Positions 13,251 through 25,383 of a stretch of 64,000 nt of DNA are shown here, piece after piece (within the stretch, counting starts at the first letter, position 1; every line of letters begins with the position of its first letter). Made by a program: the position numbers and the translations under genes. The notes beneath the pieces were generated by a model, which was not told the DNA's origin, searched no databases, and saw only the letters and a program-made list of their open reading frames with translations. This DNA comes from Mobula hypostoma (taxonomy: Eukaryota): positions 233,804,001-233,868,000 of the forward strand of contig NC_086097.1 in NCBI RefSeq assembly GCF_963921235.1, given 5' to 3'.

Positions 13251-13727
13251 GTTCTAAGGCCAGCTTGAAAAGTCAAAATATAAATCCAAGCTTACACCAA
13301 GCTTGCGTAGAGGTGGAGCTAATACTCCCCTGCACCAGCGTTCTGCTGAGCTCCACGTCATTATCTTCATCAATTCTAATGAGTGCTTTGTACATAACAA
13401 TGCAGCAATTCCTCTCCACCATCGTTTTCCCATCAGGCAAAGTTTTAAATCCTCTGGTATGTAGCTAAAATATTGTCTGGCTGAAAACATTGCCTATTAT
13501 GCAAGATTATCAATAAACCTAGATCTGACCAAGAGTTACTAAATGTTTCTCTTTCCACAGGTGCTGCCTGACCTGCTGAGTTTTCCAAAATGTTCTGTTT
13601 TTATTTTAGATTTCCTGGTTAGACTTTTTTTTTAAATCAGACTTAGTTCTTGCACTATAGACACAAATAAAACATTGGTGTGATCCCAAAGCAACTTTGA
13701 AATTAGCCCTTACATACTGATCATATT

Positions 13728-14133
13728 CTATACCTTCATAGTATGGTCTGGGCCAATTTTGACCAGGTCCAAGAATCCCCTCATAACAAATGTCTATACC
13801 AAATTTTGAACCACAGATCTATTTAGAATGTATAAATAGCCTATCTGACATTAATAAATGGGTAATTAATCCTTAATTAATGTTTCAGAGATCTAAAATC
13901 CATTTCAATAGACACAGGTCAAATTTGACCTGGAATAGCCTCAATGTACAAAAATTTGTAGCACCTGTACAAGAGTATAAAATTGTTAAATATTTTCATT
14001 TTTGCGCATTTTGGGTCACTTTAGGAAAAGTCATAAAATTTCAGCTAAAAAAATGGCATTTAGGGTGTTTTTACTGCTGTCAAATGTCAAAACGGGTCAT
14101 CAAATTTGACCCGAACAGTATGTATTTGAGTTA
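13728..14133. mobile_element. Possible decayed non-autonomous DNA transposon (piggyBac-like ends)
   Basis: Imperfect terminal inverted repeats containing GGGCCAATTTTGACC / CAAATTTGACCCG; family assignment is weak. Confidence 0.35.
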
Positions 14134-14410
14134 GCACATAGTTTTACAGTCCCTGCAACTTGAGTTCAATTCCTACTGCTGTCCATAAGGAAGTTGTACA
14201 TTCTCTCTCTGACTGCGTGGGTTTCCTCTGAGTGCTCCGGTTTCCTCCCACAGTCCAAATACGTATCGGTTGGTAGGTTACTTGGTCATTGTAAATTGTC
14301 CCATGATTAGGCTAGGGTTAAATTAGGGGTTGCTGGGTGACGTGGCTCGAAGGGCCGGAAGGGCCTATTCCATACTGTATCTCAATAAAATAAAAATAAA
14401 CAAATAAAAA
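14131..14410 (+). mobile_element. HE1-like V-SINE, 5'-truncated
   Basis: B-box-like GAGTTCAATTCC, V-domain TGCGTGGGTTTCCTCTGAGTGCTCCGGTTTCCTCCCACAGTCCAAA, CR1-derived tail GGGCCGGAAGGGCCT and A-rich end. Confidence 0.85.
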
Positions 14411-14761
14411 AGTGTGTTGTGGAGGCTCAGTTAGTCAGTCCCTTAGCCTGGAGTCAGAATGACATGATTCAACCCACACTCCAGAGACCTGAATAGCAAG
14501 TCTATTACAGAAGCCACTCAGTGTCTGAGTAATGCAGTGGAAGATTAAGCATCTGCAATTCAAATCCAGCTTGCTTGCTGACGGGCCTGTGTAGTAATGT
14601 TCAATGGGGCCTTGTGGGTTTATCATGGAAAATGTGGGATCTAAAACACCGTACCAGGGAAATGACAGTGACTCTGTGAGGCAAGAGTTTTTGGACGTGT
14701 TCCTTCCACTCCTGCTGCTCTGCTATTGCCCTCTTGATGTGTGCCCACCTGCTACTCCTGA

Positions 14762-15280
14762 CACTCACAACACACTGGAGGAACTCAGCAGGTCGGGCAG
14801 CATCAGTGGAAACGATCAGTCAACGTTTCAGGCCGGAACCCTTCGTCAGGACTGTAGAGGGAAGGGGCAGAGGCCCTATAAAGAAGGTGGGGGAAGGGTG
14901 GGAAGGAGAAGGCTGGTAGGTTCCAGGTGAAAAACCAGTAAGGGGGAAGATAAAGTGGTGGGAGAGGGGAAGCAGGGAGGTGATAGGCAGGAAAGGTGAA
15001 GAAAGAATAGGAGGAAAACACAATGGGTAGTAGAAGGAGGCAGAACTATGAGGGAGGTGATAGGCAGCTGGGGGAGGGGGCAGAGTGACATAGGGATAGG
15101 GGAAGGGAGGGAGAGGGAATTAACCGAAGCTGGAGAATTCTATGTTCATACCAAGGGGCTGGAGACTACCTCAGCGGTATATGAGGTGTTGCTCCTCCAA
15201 CCTGAGTTTAGCCTCATCATGGCAGTAGAGGAGGCCATGTATGGACATATCCGAATGGGAATGGGAAGCAGAGTTGAAGT
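14762..15280 (-). mobile_element. Penelope-like element 3' end (ORF C-terminus and pLTR)
   Basis: Minus-strand HFNSASHSHSDMSIHGLLYCHDEAKLRLEEQHLIYR*GSLQPLGMNIEFS followed by a pyrimidine-rich UTR and the pLTR repeat. Confidence 0.85.
14817..14854 (-). ncRNA. Minimal type I hammerhead ribozyme motif, intact core
   Basis: Minus strand CAGUC-CUGACGA-AGGGUUCCGGCCU-GAAA-CGUU-GACUG: stem I CAGUC/GACUG, stem II, palindromic stem III AACGUU, GUU cleavage triplet. Confidence 0.85.
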
Positions 15281-15554
15281 GCTGCTTTCACTTGCTTTAA
15301 GAGTGTGCAGTCCAAAACCAAGTCAGAGCTACACAAGGTCAACGTGCATCTATGAACTTCAATACAGCAGGCCAACAGACTCCTCCAGCCATTGAAAGAG
15401 CCCCATATATAAACAGCAAATAAATTCAGAAGTGGTTTTGAGGAAATTCTCAAAACATTTTTGCATGCTTCAATCGAACTACATATATGATTTACCTCAT
15501 CTTTCCTGCTTAGCACACTAATATCTTAATACTTACAAATCAAAGTAATTTGAC

Positions 15555-16130
15555 CACAGCCACAATGTGTGAGCAGTTTTAGATCCCTGATCTAAGAAAG
15601 GATGTGCTGGCATTGGAGAATGTTCAGAGGAGGTTGATAAGAATGAATCTGGAAATGAAAGAATTAATGTATGAGGAGCACTTGCGACCCTAAGACCATA
15701 TGATTGCTCTGGGCCTGTACATGCTGGAGTTTGAAGAATGAGGGGAGAGTTCCTTGAAACTTATCGAATACTGAAAGGTCTAGAGAGAGTGAATGTGGAG
15801 ACGATGCTTCCTATAGTGGGGGTGTGGTGGTCCAGGACTGGATGGCACAGCCTCAGGATACAAGGACATCCCTTTAGAAAAGAGATGAAGAGAAATTTCT
15901 TTAGCCAGATGGTGCAGAATCTGTGGAATTCTTTGCCACAGGTGACTGTGGAGGCCAAATCATGTCGTTTAAGATGGAGGTTGATAGGTTCTTGATTAGT
16001 AAGAGCATCAAAAGATATGGGGAGAAGGCAGGAGAATGGGGTTGAGAGGGATAATAAATCAGCCATGATGCAGTAGCAGAGCAGATTTGATTGGGCGAAT
16101 GGCCGAATTCTACTTCTATATCTTATGGTT
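15555..16130 (+). mobile_element. CR1 3' end
   Basis: MRGEFLETYRILKGLERV..EMKRNFFSQMVQNLWNSLP and CR1 tail. Confidence 0.85.
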
Positions 16131-16644
16131 TTACGTTGACTAACATTCAGCTGTAGACTCTCCTCCTACTCATGGAAGGTGGCACATAACTAGATAGAAG
16201 ACCAGAAAAAAAAGGAGTTAGGAGGAAAATACATGCACATTTTAAACTCCAAAGGAAAAAAAAAGTCTTGTGTCTGGATTTCAGCATCACTGGGTTCATG
16301 GATTTGGCAATACAGAGGCATATATTGATGGAAATTTTCAATAACCAAAGTTACCATTCCTCACATCATTTCTCCCTCATCCAAAAGCATATTAGGACTA
16401 AAGAGCTGCCGAGAGTAAAAATTGCATTTTGCTTATTTCTCCTCTCTTTTGAACATGATTCAAACCTTGTCTTCCCAACCAACCAGTAAGTGAAAGAGAA
16501 ATAAATTGAAGAAAGTACTGCCAATTCACCTCTACAACTTGACTACACATCAGACTTCGCACACCAGAGGACTTTGTTACACTGTGTAAATGGATACTGC
16601 TGTACAAATTAAATTGCAAAAAGAAATATTGCTTCATGCAACAT

Positions 16645-17065
16645 CTCACATGAGCTCAAGGTATTTCAGGTACTTTTCCGAGGATCTTGTTGTAGTGGAG
16701 AGGTTTGTAAGTTCTTGAAATGCCAGGAGCGATGCTGTCTGGAGCTTAGCCATCTGGTGCTTAGATCCTGGTATGGATACCCATGGCGTTAATGTCAAGG
16801 GGGAGGTTCCAGACAAGGAATGATCCAACCAGGACATCAATGGTGGAGCTGGCAGAAGCTGATGACACATCACAATGGTAAAGAAGCCTGTAGCAGTGAA
16901 GGATCCCCAGTCACCTCACATTGCCAGTCATATCACATTGCAAGCCACTGGACCCTGATAACAAACCGTCAAGGACCATTAGATGGCTGCCCATGCATCA
17001 GCCTTCCTACTTTGAACAAGTCACGGTGTTCTCCATTAACATCCCAGAGACAACCCCTAAGCAGA
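16645..17065 (+). mobile_element. Decayed RTE-type 5'UTR-derived non-autonomous element
   Basis: Shares CTTGT(T)GT..GG, ACCCATG..GTCAAGGG..GAGG..CAGAC motifs with 21265-21655; recognition only. Confidence 0.4.
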
Positions 17066-17166
17066 ACAGCAAAGCTCAAAGTAAATTTAATGTCAATGTA
17101 CATATACAGTGGCATGCAAAAGTTTGGGCACCCCGGTCAAAAATCCTGTTACTGTGAATAGTTAAG

Positions 17167-17475
17167 GCATCCGTTAGTCTTGCAAGACCATGGATCTGCG
17201 CCTGGAAGGTCTTCACTCTCCAGGGCACAGGCCTGGGCAAGGTTGTATGGAAGACCAGCAGTTGCCCATGCTGCAAGTCTCCCCTCTCCACGACATCAAT
17301 GTTGTCCAAGGGAAGGGCATTAGGACCCATACAGCTTGGCACCAGTGTCGTCGCAGAGCAATGTGTGATTAAGTGCCTTGCTCAAGGACATAACATGTTC
17401 CCTCGGCTGGGGCTCGAACTCACGACCTTCAGGTCACTAGTCCAATGCCTTAACCACTTGGCCACGTGCCCACAC
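17167..17475 (-). mobile_element. tRNA-derived SINE with CORE-like body
   Basis: Minus strand A box TGGCCAAGTGG, B box GTTCGAGCC, body TGTCCTTGAGCAAGGCACTTAA; 17-bp TSD TACTGTGAATAGYTAAG (17150-17166, 17476-17492). Confidence 0.88.
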
Positions 17476-18457
17476 TACTGTGAATAGCTAAGTGAGTAAA
17501 AGATGAACTGATTTCCAAAATGCATAAAGTTAAAGATGACACATTTCTTTAATATTTTAAGCAAGAAAAAATTTATTTCCATCTTTTACAGTTTCAAAAT
17601 AACAGAAAACGAAAAGGGCTTGAAGCAAAAGTTTGGGCACCCTGCATGGTCAGTACTTAGTAACACCCCCTTTGGCAAGTATCACAGCTTGTAAATGCTT
17701 CTTGTAGCCAGCTAAGGGTCTTTCGATTCTTGTTTGGGGGATTTTTGCCTATTCTTCCTTGCAAAAGGCTTCTAGTTCTGTGAGATTCTTGGGCCGTCTA
17801 GCACGCACTGCTCTTTTGATGTCTATCCACAGATTCTAGATGATGTCTAGGTCAGGGGACTGTGAGGGCCATGGCAAAACCTTCAGCTTGCGCCTCTTGA
17901 GGTAGTCCATTGTGGATTTTGAGGTGTGTTTAGGTTTATTATCCTGTTGTAGAAGCCATCCTCTTTTTATCTTCGGCTTTTTTACAGATGGCTTTTTTGC
18001 TTCCAGAATTTACTGGTATTTAGTTGAATTCATTCTTCCTCTACCAGTAAATATTCCCCATGCCACTGGTTGCAACACAAGCCCAAAGCATGATTGATCC
18101 ACCCCTGTACTTAACAGTTGGAGAGGGGTTCTTTTCATGAAATCCTGCATCTTTTTTCTCTAAACGTACCTTTGCTCATTGTGGCCAAAAAGTTCTATTT
18201 TAACTTCATCAGTCCACAGGACTTGTTTCCAAAATGCATCAGGCTTGTTTAGATGCTCCTTTGAACCTTTAAAATAGAACTTTTTGGCCGTAATGAGCAA
18301 AAGTATGTTTGGAGAAAAAAGGGTGCAGAATTTCATGAAAAGAACCCCTCTCCAACTGTTAAGCACGGGGGTGGATTTGGGCTTGTGTTGCAGCCAGTGG
18401 CACGGGGAACATTTACTGGTAGAGAGAAGAATGAATTCAATTAAATACCAGCAAATT

Positions 18458-20675
18458 ATAACCATATAACAATTACAGCATGGAAACAGGCCATTTCGGC
18501 CCTTCTAGTCTGTGCCGAACTCTTACTCTCACTTAGTCCCACAGACCTGCACTCAGCCCATAACCCTCCATTCCTTCCCTGTCCATATAGCTATCCAATT
18601 TAACTTTAAAACCCAGGTAACAGTCTAGTAAATCTTCTCTGTACTCTCTCAATTTTGTTGACACCTTTCCTATAATTCGGTGACCAGAACTGTACACAAT
18701 ACTCCAATTTTGGCCTCACCAATGCCTTATACAATTTCAACATTACATCCCAACTCCTATACTCAATGCTCTGACTTATAAAGGCCAGCATACAAAAAGC
18801 TTTCTTCACCACCTTATCCACGTGAGATTCCACCTTCAGGGATCTATGTACTACTATTCCTAGATCCCTCTGTTCTACTGCATTCTTCAACGCTCTACCA
18901 TTTACCATGTGTGTCCTATTTTGATTAGTCCTACCAAAATGTAGCACCTCACAATTATCGGCATTAAACTCCATCTGCCATCTTTCAGCCCACTCTTCTA
19001 ACTGGCCTAAATCTCTCTGCCAGCTTTGAAAACCTACTTCATTATCCACAACTCCACCTATCTTAGTATCATCTGCATACTTACTAATCCAAGTTACCAC
19101 CCCATCATCCAGATCATTAATATATATGACAAACAACATTGGACCCTGTACAGATCCCTGAGGCACACCACTAGTCACTGGCCTCCAATCTGACAAACAG
19201 TTATCCACCACTATTCTCTGGCATCTCCCATCAAGCCACTGCTGAATCCATTTTACTACTTCAATATTAATACCTAACGATTGAATCTTCCTAACTAACC
19301 TTCCGTGTGGAACCTTGTTAAAGGTCTTACTGAAGTCCACATAGACAACATCCACCACTTTACCCTCGTCAACTTTCCTAGTAACCTCTTCAAAAAAGTC
19401 AATAAGATTTGTCAAACATGACTTTCCACGCACACATCTATGTTGACTGTTCCTAATCAGACCCTGTCTATTCAGAAATTTTATATACCATCTCTAAGAA
19501 TACTTTCCATCAATTTACCCACCACTAACGTCAAACTCACAGGCTGATAATTGTTAGGTTTACTCTTAGAACCCTTTTTAAACAATGGAACAACATGACA
19601 AATATGCCAATCCTCCGGCACGATCCCCATTTCTAATGACATTTGAAATATTTCTGTCAGACCCCCTGCTATTTCCAAACTAACTTCCCTCAAGGTCCTA
19701 AGGAATATCCTGTCAGGACTCGGAGATTTATCCACTTTTATATTCTTTAAAAGCACCAGTACTTCCTCTTCTTTAATCGTCATACTTTCCATAACTACCC
19801 TTCTTGTTTCCTTTAGCTTACACAATTCAATATCCTTCTCCTTAGTGAATACAGAAGAAAAGAAATTGTTCAAAATCTCCCCCATCTTTTTTGGCTCCGC
19901 ACATAGCTGTCTACTCTGATTCTCTAAGGGACCAATTTTATCCCTCACTATCCTTTTGCTATTAATATAACTGTAGAAACCCTTTGGATTTATTTTCACC
20001 TTACTTGCCAAAGCAACCTCATATCTTCTTTTAGCTTTTCTAATTTCATTCTTAAGATTCTTTTTACATTCTTTATATTCCTCGAGCACCTAATTTACTC
20101 CAAGCTGCCGATATTTATTGTAGATCTCTCTCTATTTCCGAACCAAGTTTCCAATATCCCTTTAAGACCATGGCTCTCTTATACTTTTAACCTTTCCTTT
20201 CAACCTAACAGGAACATAAAGATCCTGTACCCTCAAAATTTCACCTTTAAATGACCTCCATTTCTCTATTACATCTTTCCCATAAAACAAATTGTCCCAA
20301 TCCACTCCTTCTAAATCCTTTCGCATCTCCTCAAATTTAGCCTTCCTACAATCAAAAATCTCAACCCTGGGTCCAGTCCTATCCTTCTCCATAATTATAT
20401 TGAAACTAATGGCAGTGTGATCACTGGATCTGAAGTGCTCCCGAACACATACCTCCATCACCTATCCTATCTCATTCCCTAACAGGAGATCCAACACTGC
20501 CCCTTCTCTAGTTGGTACCTCTATGTATTGCTGCAAAAAACTGTCTTGCGCACATTTTACAAACTCCAAACCATCCAGCTCTTTTACAGAATGGGTTTCC
20601 CAGTTTGGGTGTGGAAAGTTAAAATCTCCCACAATCACAACCTTGTGCTCACTATAAATATCTGCTATCTCCTTA
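18458..20675 (-). mobile_element. 5'-truncated CR1 LINE inserted in the Tc1 derivative
   Basis: VGDFNFP, SSDH, SGVPQGS and KYADDTK motifs; CAAATT at both junctions (18452-18457, 20676-20681); ORF2 C-terminus deleted after RRFTRLLPGF. Confidence 0.93.
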
Positions 20676-21264
20676 CAAATTCTGGAAGCAAACATCGCAC
20701 CGTCTGTAAAAAAAAAAGCTGAAGAAGAAAAGAGGATGGCTTCTACAACAGGATAATGAACCTAAACACACCTCAAAATCCACAATGGACCACCTCAAGA
20801 GGCGCAAGCTTAAGGTTTTGCCATGACCCTCAGAATTCCCTGACCTAAACATCATTGAAAATCTGTGGATAGACCTCAAAAGAGCTGTGCATGCAAGATA
20901 GCCCAAGAATCTCACAGAACTAGAAGCCTTTTGCAAGGAAGAATGTGTGAAAATCCCCCAAACAAGAATTGAAAGACTCTTAGCTGGCTACAAAAAGTGT
21001 TTACAAGCTGTGATACTTGCCAAAGGGGGTGTCACTAAATACTGTCATGCAGGGTGCCCAAACTTTTGCTTCGGGCCCTTTTCCTTTTTTGTTATTTTGA
21101 AACTGTAAAAGATGGAAATAAAAAAGTTTTCTTGCTTAAGATATTAAAGAAATGTGTCATCTTTAACTTTATGCCTTTTGGAAATCAGTTCATCTTTTAC
21201 TTGCTTAGCTATACACAGTAACAGAAATTTTGACTGGGGTGCCCAAACTTTTGCTACTGTATGT

Positions 21265-21655
21265 CCCTCCGATAGGACCACAACCTTGTCGTAAGGTTTG
21301 GAGGCTTGAGTGCTAAAATTAGGGCTTTATGCTTTGGCTCTTGATAGGGTCACCATGCCAAACAGGTCAAAGGATAGAGGCGAGACTAAGAGTGGTCCAC
21401 AGGTCCTCCAGGTTCGAGGGTTCAGCTCAGGGCTAACAACCCTGACTGGTAAAGCAAAATTTGTGGAAACAGCAATGAAGAGCCCTTCTACATTGAGCTT
21501 GATGATTTTCTTGAGTCTCCATCTGGGACTTGCATGACTGACAGTAGTGAAAACCAGGTTACTGATATGATGAAGGAAGCCCTAAAGATGGCCAGAAATG
21601 GAGGACCTTCATTGTTGCCCTAAACATCAATTGCATAGCGGACAGCAAAATAGAA
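21265..21655 (+). mobile_element. Bipartite RTE-derived non-autonomous element (5'UTR joined to 3' end)
   Basis: GGACCACAACCTTGTCGT...GTGGTCCAC resembles the BovB/RTE 5'UTR; GGGCTAACAACCC motif; RTE-like 3' end TGGAGGACCTTCATTGTTGCCCTA. Confidence 0.6.
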
Positions 21656-22817
21656 GAATATACATATCAACATCTACAACCATGAGATTCCTTCTTTTTG
21701 CAGGCAATCACAGTAAATACAACAAATATTATAGAATCAATGAAATACCACACCAAACAGGAGGGACAACAACCAACATGCAATGAAAAAACAACAAAAC
21801 TGTGCAAATAGAGAAAGAAAGCTACTATTAGCTCACAAAACCTTTTTGAAATGCAGTCATTGTAATGGAGGACAGGAAGCTCCCACTGACCTCAAAGCAA
21901 TGATATCCCCTCATTCTTCTTAGTGTCGCTGATTTTCTATTCTCCATCTTTTAAAATATTTTTACTTTGCTGCTCCATTAAGCAAACTCTTATATCATGG
22001 CTTTCAATTTAAGTGTTAATTAATGCACACTGATATCGTGGTTTCCGTAAAGGATGAATAAAAATTGTAAGAAATAGTATATTTCACTCTTGACTTAAAA
22101 ATTATCAAATTTAATGCCTGGTAAAGGGGAATTAATGATTTTCTTAATGATCCTATGAAACTGGTGTAAATGGCTCTCTGAACAATTAGTCAGATAGTCA
22201 AGGGAAAAAAATGCTTGCAGCTAACAAGGCATCTAGCTCAAATTGTTCTTCAGACTTAATTATATTGTTTTTCCTGCCAATATATAACTCCATTCATCAT
22301 GGCAGCTGAGTTTGGGGAAAACTAATTATAGACAGGCTAAGAAAGTAATTGGAATGGCTTCCTTTGAATCGACACAAGAGATTCTGCAGATGCTGGAAAT
22401 CTTGAGGAACACAAACATAATGTGCTGAAAGAACTCAGCAGGTCAGGCAGCATCTATAAAGAAGAATAAACAGTCAGTGTTTTAACTTTTCTGAATTTTG
22501 CTGAAAGATCTGAATGACTAACTTTGGTTCTCTCTCCGCAATATTTTTGGAATTATATTCTGGATCAAGACACTCTTGGGCAAAGGGCAACATTGGACTA
22601 TTCCACTGAGTGCTGATCTTCAAGCCAATAGACCAATTGATCACTGGCTGATGCAGCAGTTGCCTTTAATGATCAAGGAGCTCTAGATTTGTGAGGCACT
22701 GGGGAGGGAAAGAACGACCATACCAAAATTATCTTAAGCAAAATTTAAAATGATGACTTGGGTCAAGACACAAAATAAAGAGTATTAAACTGCCACCTAA
22801 AAGAATCTCAAGGGACA

Positions 22818-23810
22818 AGACCATAAAATGTAGGAGCAGAATTAGCCCATTCAGTCCACAGTGTCTGCTCTGCTTTCGGGCTTCCAGTCCATCAAGTCCA
22901 GGTGACTTATCAAACTTAAGACCTTTCAGTTTCCTAAATGCCATCTCCATAAGACCATAAAACATAGGAGCAGAATTAGGCCATGTGGCCCATCGAGTCG
23001 GCTCCGCCAATCAATCCTTTTTTCTATCTCCTCCTCAACCCCAGGTCCCAAACTTCTCCCTATAATCTTTGATGCCATGTCCAATCAAGAACCTATCAAT
23101 CTCTGCCTTAAATACACCCAAAGACCTGGCCTCCATAGCTGCAGGTGGTAAAATATTCACCACCTCCTGACTAAAGAAATTTCTTTGCATCTCTGTTTTG
23201 AATCAACATCCCTCTATCCTGAGGCTGTGCTCTCTTGTCCTAGACTGTCCCACCATGGGAAATATCCTTTCCACATTTACTCCGTCTAGGCCTTTCAACA
23301 TTTGAAAGGTTTCAATGAGATCACCCCTTCATCCTTCTGAATTCTGGTGAGTACAGGCCCAGAGCCATCAAACTTTTCTCGTGTGATAAACCTTTTATTC
23401 CTGGAATCATCCTTGTGAACCTCCTTTGGACCCTCTCCAATGCCAGCACATCTTTTCTAAGATGAGGGGCCCAAAACTCTTCACAATACTCAAGGTGAGG
23501 CCTCACCAGTGCCTAATAACCTCTTTGCATATCCCTGGTAACAGTAACTGCACTCACTTCCGCCCCTTGACACCCTTGAAAGTGTCTTCCTCAGTGAGGA
23601 CTGACGCAAAATACTTACTCATTTCTTCCGCCATTTCCTTGTCCCCTGTTACTATTTCACCAGCATCATTTTCCATTGGTGCAATATCTACTTTCACCTC
23701 TCTTTTACTCTCTATATATCTGAAAAAACTTTTTGATATCATTTTTGATATTATTGGCTAGCTTTCCTTCATATTTCTTCTTTTCCCCTTGTGATTTTTT
23801 TAGTTGCCTT
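22818..23810 (-). mobile_element. Rearranged CR1 3' end (duplicated tail, internal deletion)
   Basis: RPHLEYCEEFWAPHLRKDVLALERVQRRFTRMIPG; two GACCATAAAA tails (~22818, ~22952); upstream piece KSFFRYIESKRE abuts at ~23520. Confidence 0.85.
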
Positions 23811-25383
23811 CAGAAATCATCTTCAGAAGGAAGCCTTTAAACGGGGTTGATATCTCCTTTTGCTGATCCTCAAAGATGAAAGCCTATCTCAATCCAACCC
23901 TTTCAACAATTCAGCTACTTCCAGGACTTGCAGAAATGCAGTATCTAATTTACCTTCTGGTCAAAACAAACAGCAGCCCAGCAATTCCAGAGCTGCTGGA
24001 AATTAAACAGGTCCTCACCACCAACACATATCCCAGTATCTTGATCAGCAGCTTTTGAAATATCAAAGCTTCACTATATCAAAAGGGCATGAAATCCCTC
24101 TCAAACTCAAGTCTTCAAGATCAATAAAGGAAGATGGCAAACAATTAGGATTTGCAACAGTGAAATTTGGTCCAATGCAAATGGCAAATAGACTCAGTAA
24201 TAAAAGTTGAACTATGAATTAATTATGAACTACAAAATTAGAGCATATCTGAATGAAAAAGAGAACCAAAAGGTTAATTTGTCAGAAAAGGCAAGGAAAT
24301 GATTGAGTATCCGATGACGATGGTCTGATTTATGAGTTTCTTGCTGAGTTTGGGAAAGGCTCTGTATTTTTAAAGCAAATCCAATGTTTCCTGACCTGCT
24401 GAATATTTTGCACATTTTCTATGATTACATTGATCTGATTGATTCCTGACAGGAAGTTCCCAGCATTCCATAGAATAACCCATGACACTGTAATGCAGTT
24501 TCTGAAGGAAAAACAAACAATACTGGTAGGCAACAAGTAATAACAATGGTGAATATTTCTACATGTAGGCTACGTATATACGATTACAATTAGCTTGTTA
24601 TCCAAGCAGTCATGGTGAGGGTTATTGATGAAATTGACCAGGAATGTTGTGTATGCAGGGCCTTTAGCACTGTCAATGCTCCCTCCCATCTGTCCAACAA
24701 TTTCTTAGAACCCCCCCCCCCCCACCATCAGACAGAAGGTACAGTACAGTATGAGAAACGGCTTCTTCCCCTAGACCCTGAGACTACTGAACTCTGCTGC
24801 CACCCAGGTCTCACCACATATGAACTGCCAGTGCTGTCACACTGTTTACTCTTTACCTTGTGATGTAAAATGTACCTCATTGTTAATGCATTTGTGGTAA
24901 TATTATTTAATGTGCTGTGTTAGTTATATGTAATGTGTTGTACACTTTAGTCCAGCGGAACATTGTTTCATTTGGTGGTATACACGTGAGTGGTTGAAAT
25001 GACAATAAAATTGAGCTTGAAGTAAACATTTCTATAGATAACAAAAATAGAATTCCTTTCACTATGAGACTATAATCCTCATAAGGCAAATTCAAAACAT
25101 AAATTAGTTGTGCTGATTTTGAAGTGCCCTTATACATGTTGATCAGCATTCAACTGTTAAAATTCTTGAATATGAAGCACAATTGGTTGTGATTGACCCC
25201 AGCACAAGAAGTGACAAGGGGGTCGCATGGACAAAGGATCCAATGGCAGATAGAATCAGAGTGCTGGTCATGAACTCTTTGTTACTTAGTCATATCTTCA
25301 CTGAAGATATTGGCTACACTGAGGGCAAGGAGGATGAGGATGTCTTCAATGGAGAATTTGATCAGCAGCACGGTAGCAGCTTG

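Larger units (their letters stand above)
17107..21259. mobile_element. Tc1 (DD34E, IR/DR-type TIRs) derivative built from two inverted transposase 3' halves, with nested SINE and CR1
   Basis: TA flanks; ~220-bp TIRs each with two GCAAAAGTTTGGGCACC repeats; QQDN-x-PKHTSKST..PDLNIIE on plus (~20735-21040) and mirrored on minus (~17650-17960); VLWTDE on minus; centre ~18268. Confidence 0.92.

Noticed and set aside
17400..17475. tRNA gene
   Set aside because: A and B boxes are present but continue into a SINE body flanked by a TSD; it is a SINE head.
24330..24536. Minus-strand exon with a strong acceptor near 24503
   Set aside because: The apparent donor lies in a decayed pLTR remnant (CAGCAG/GTCAGG); two frames are open and no protein is recognisable.
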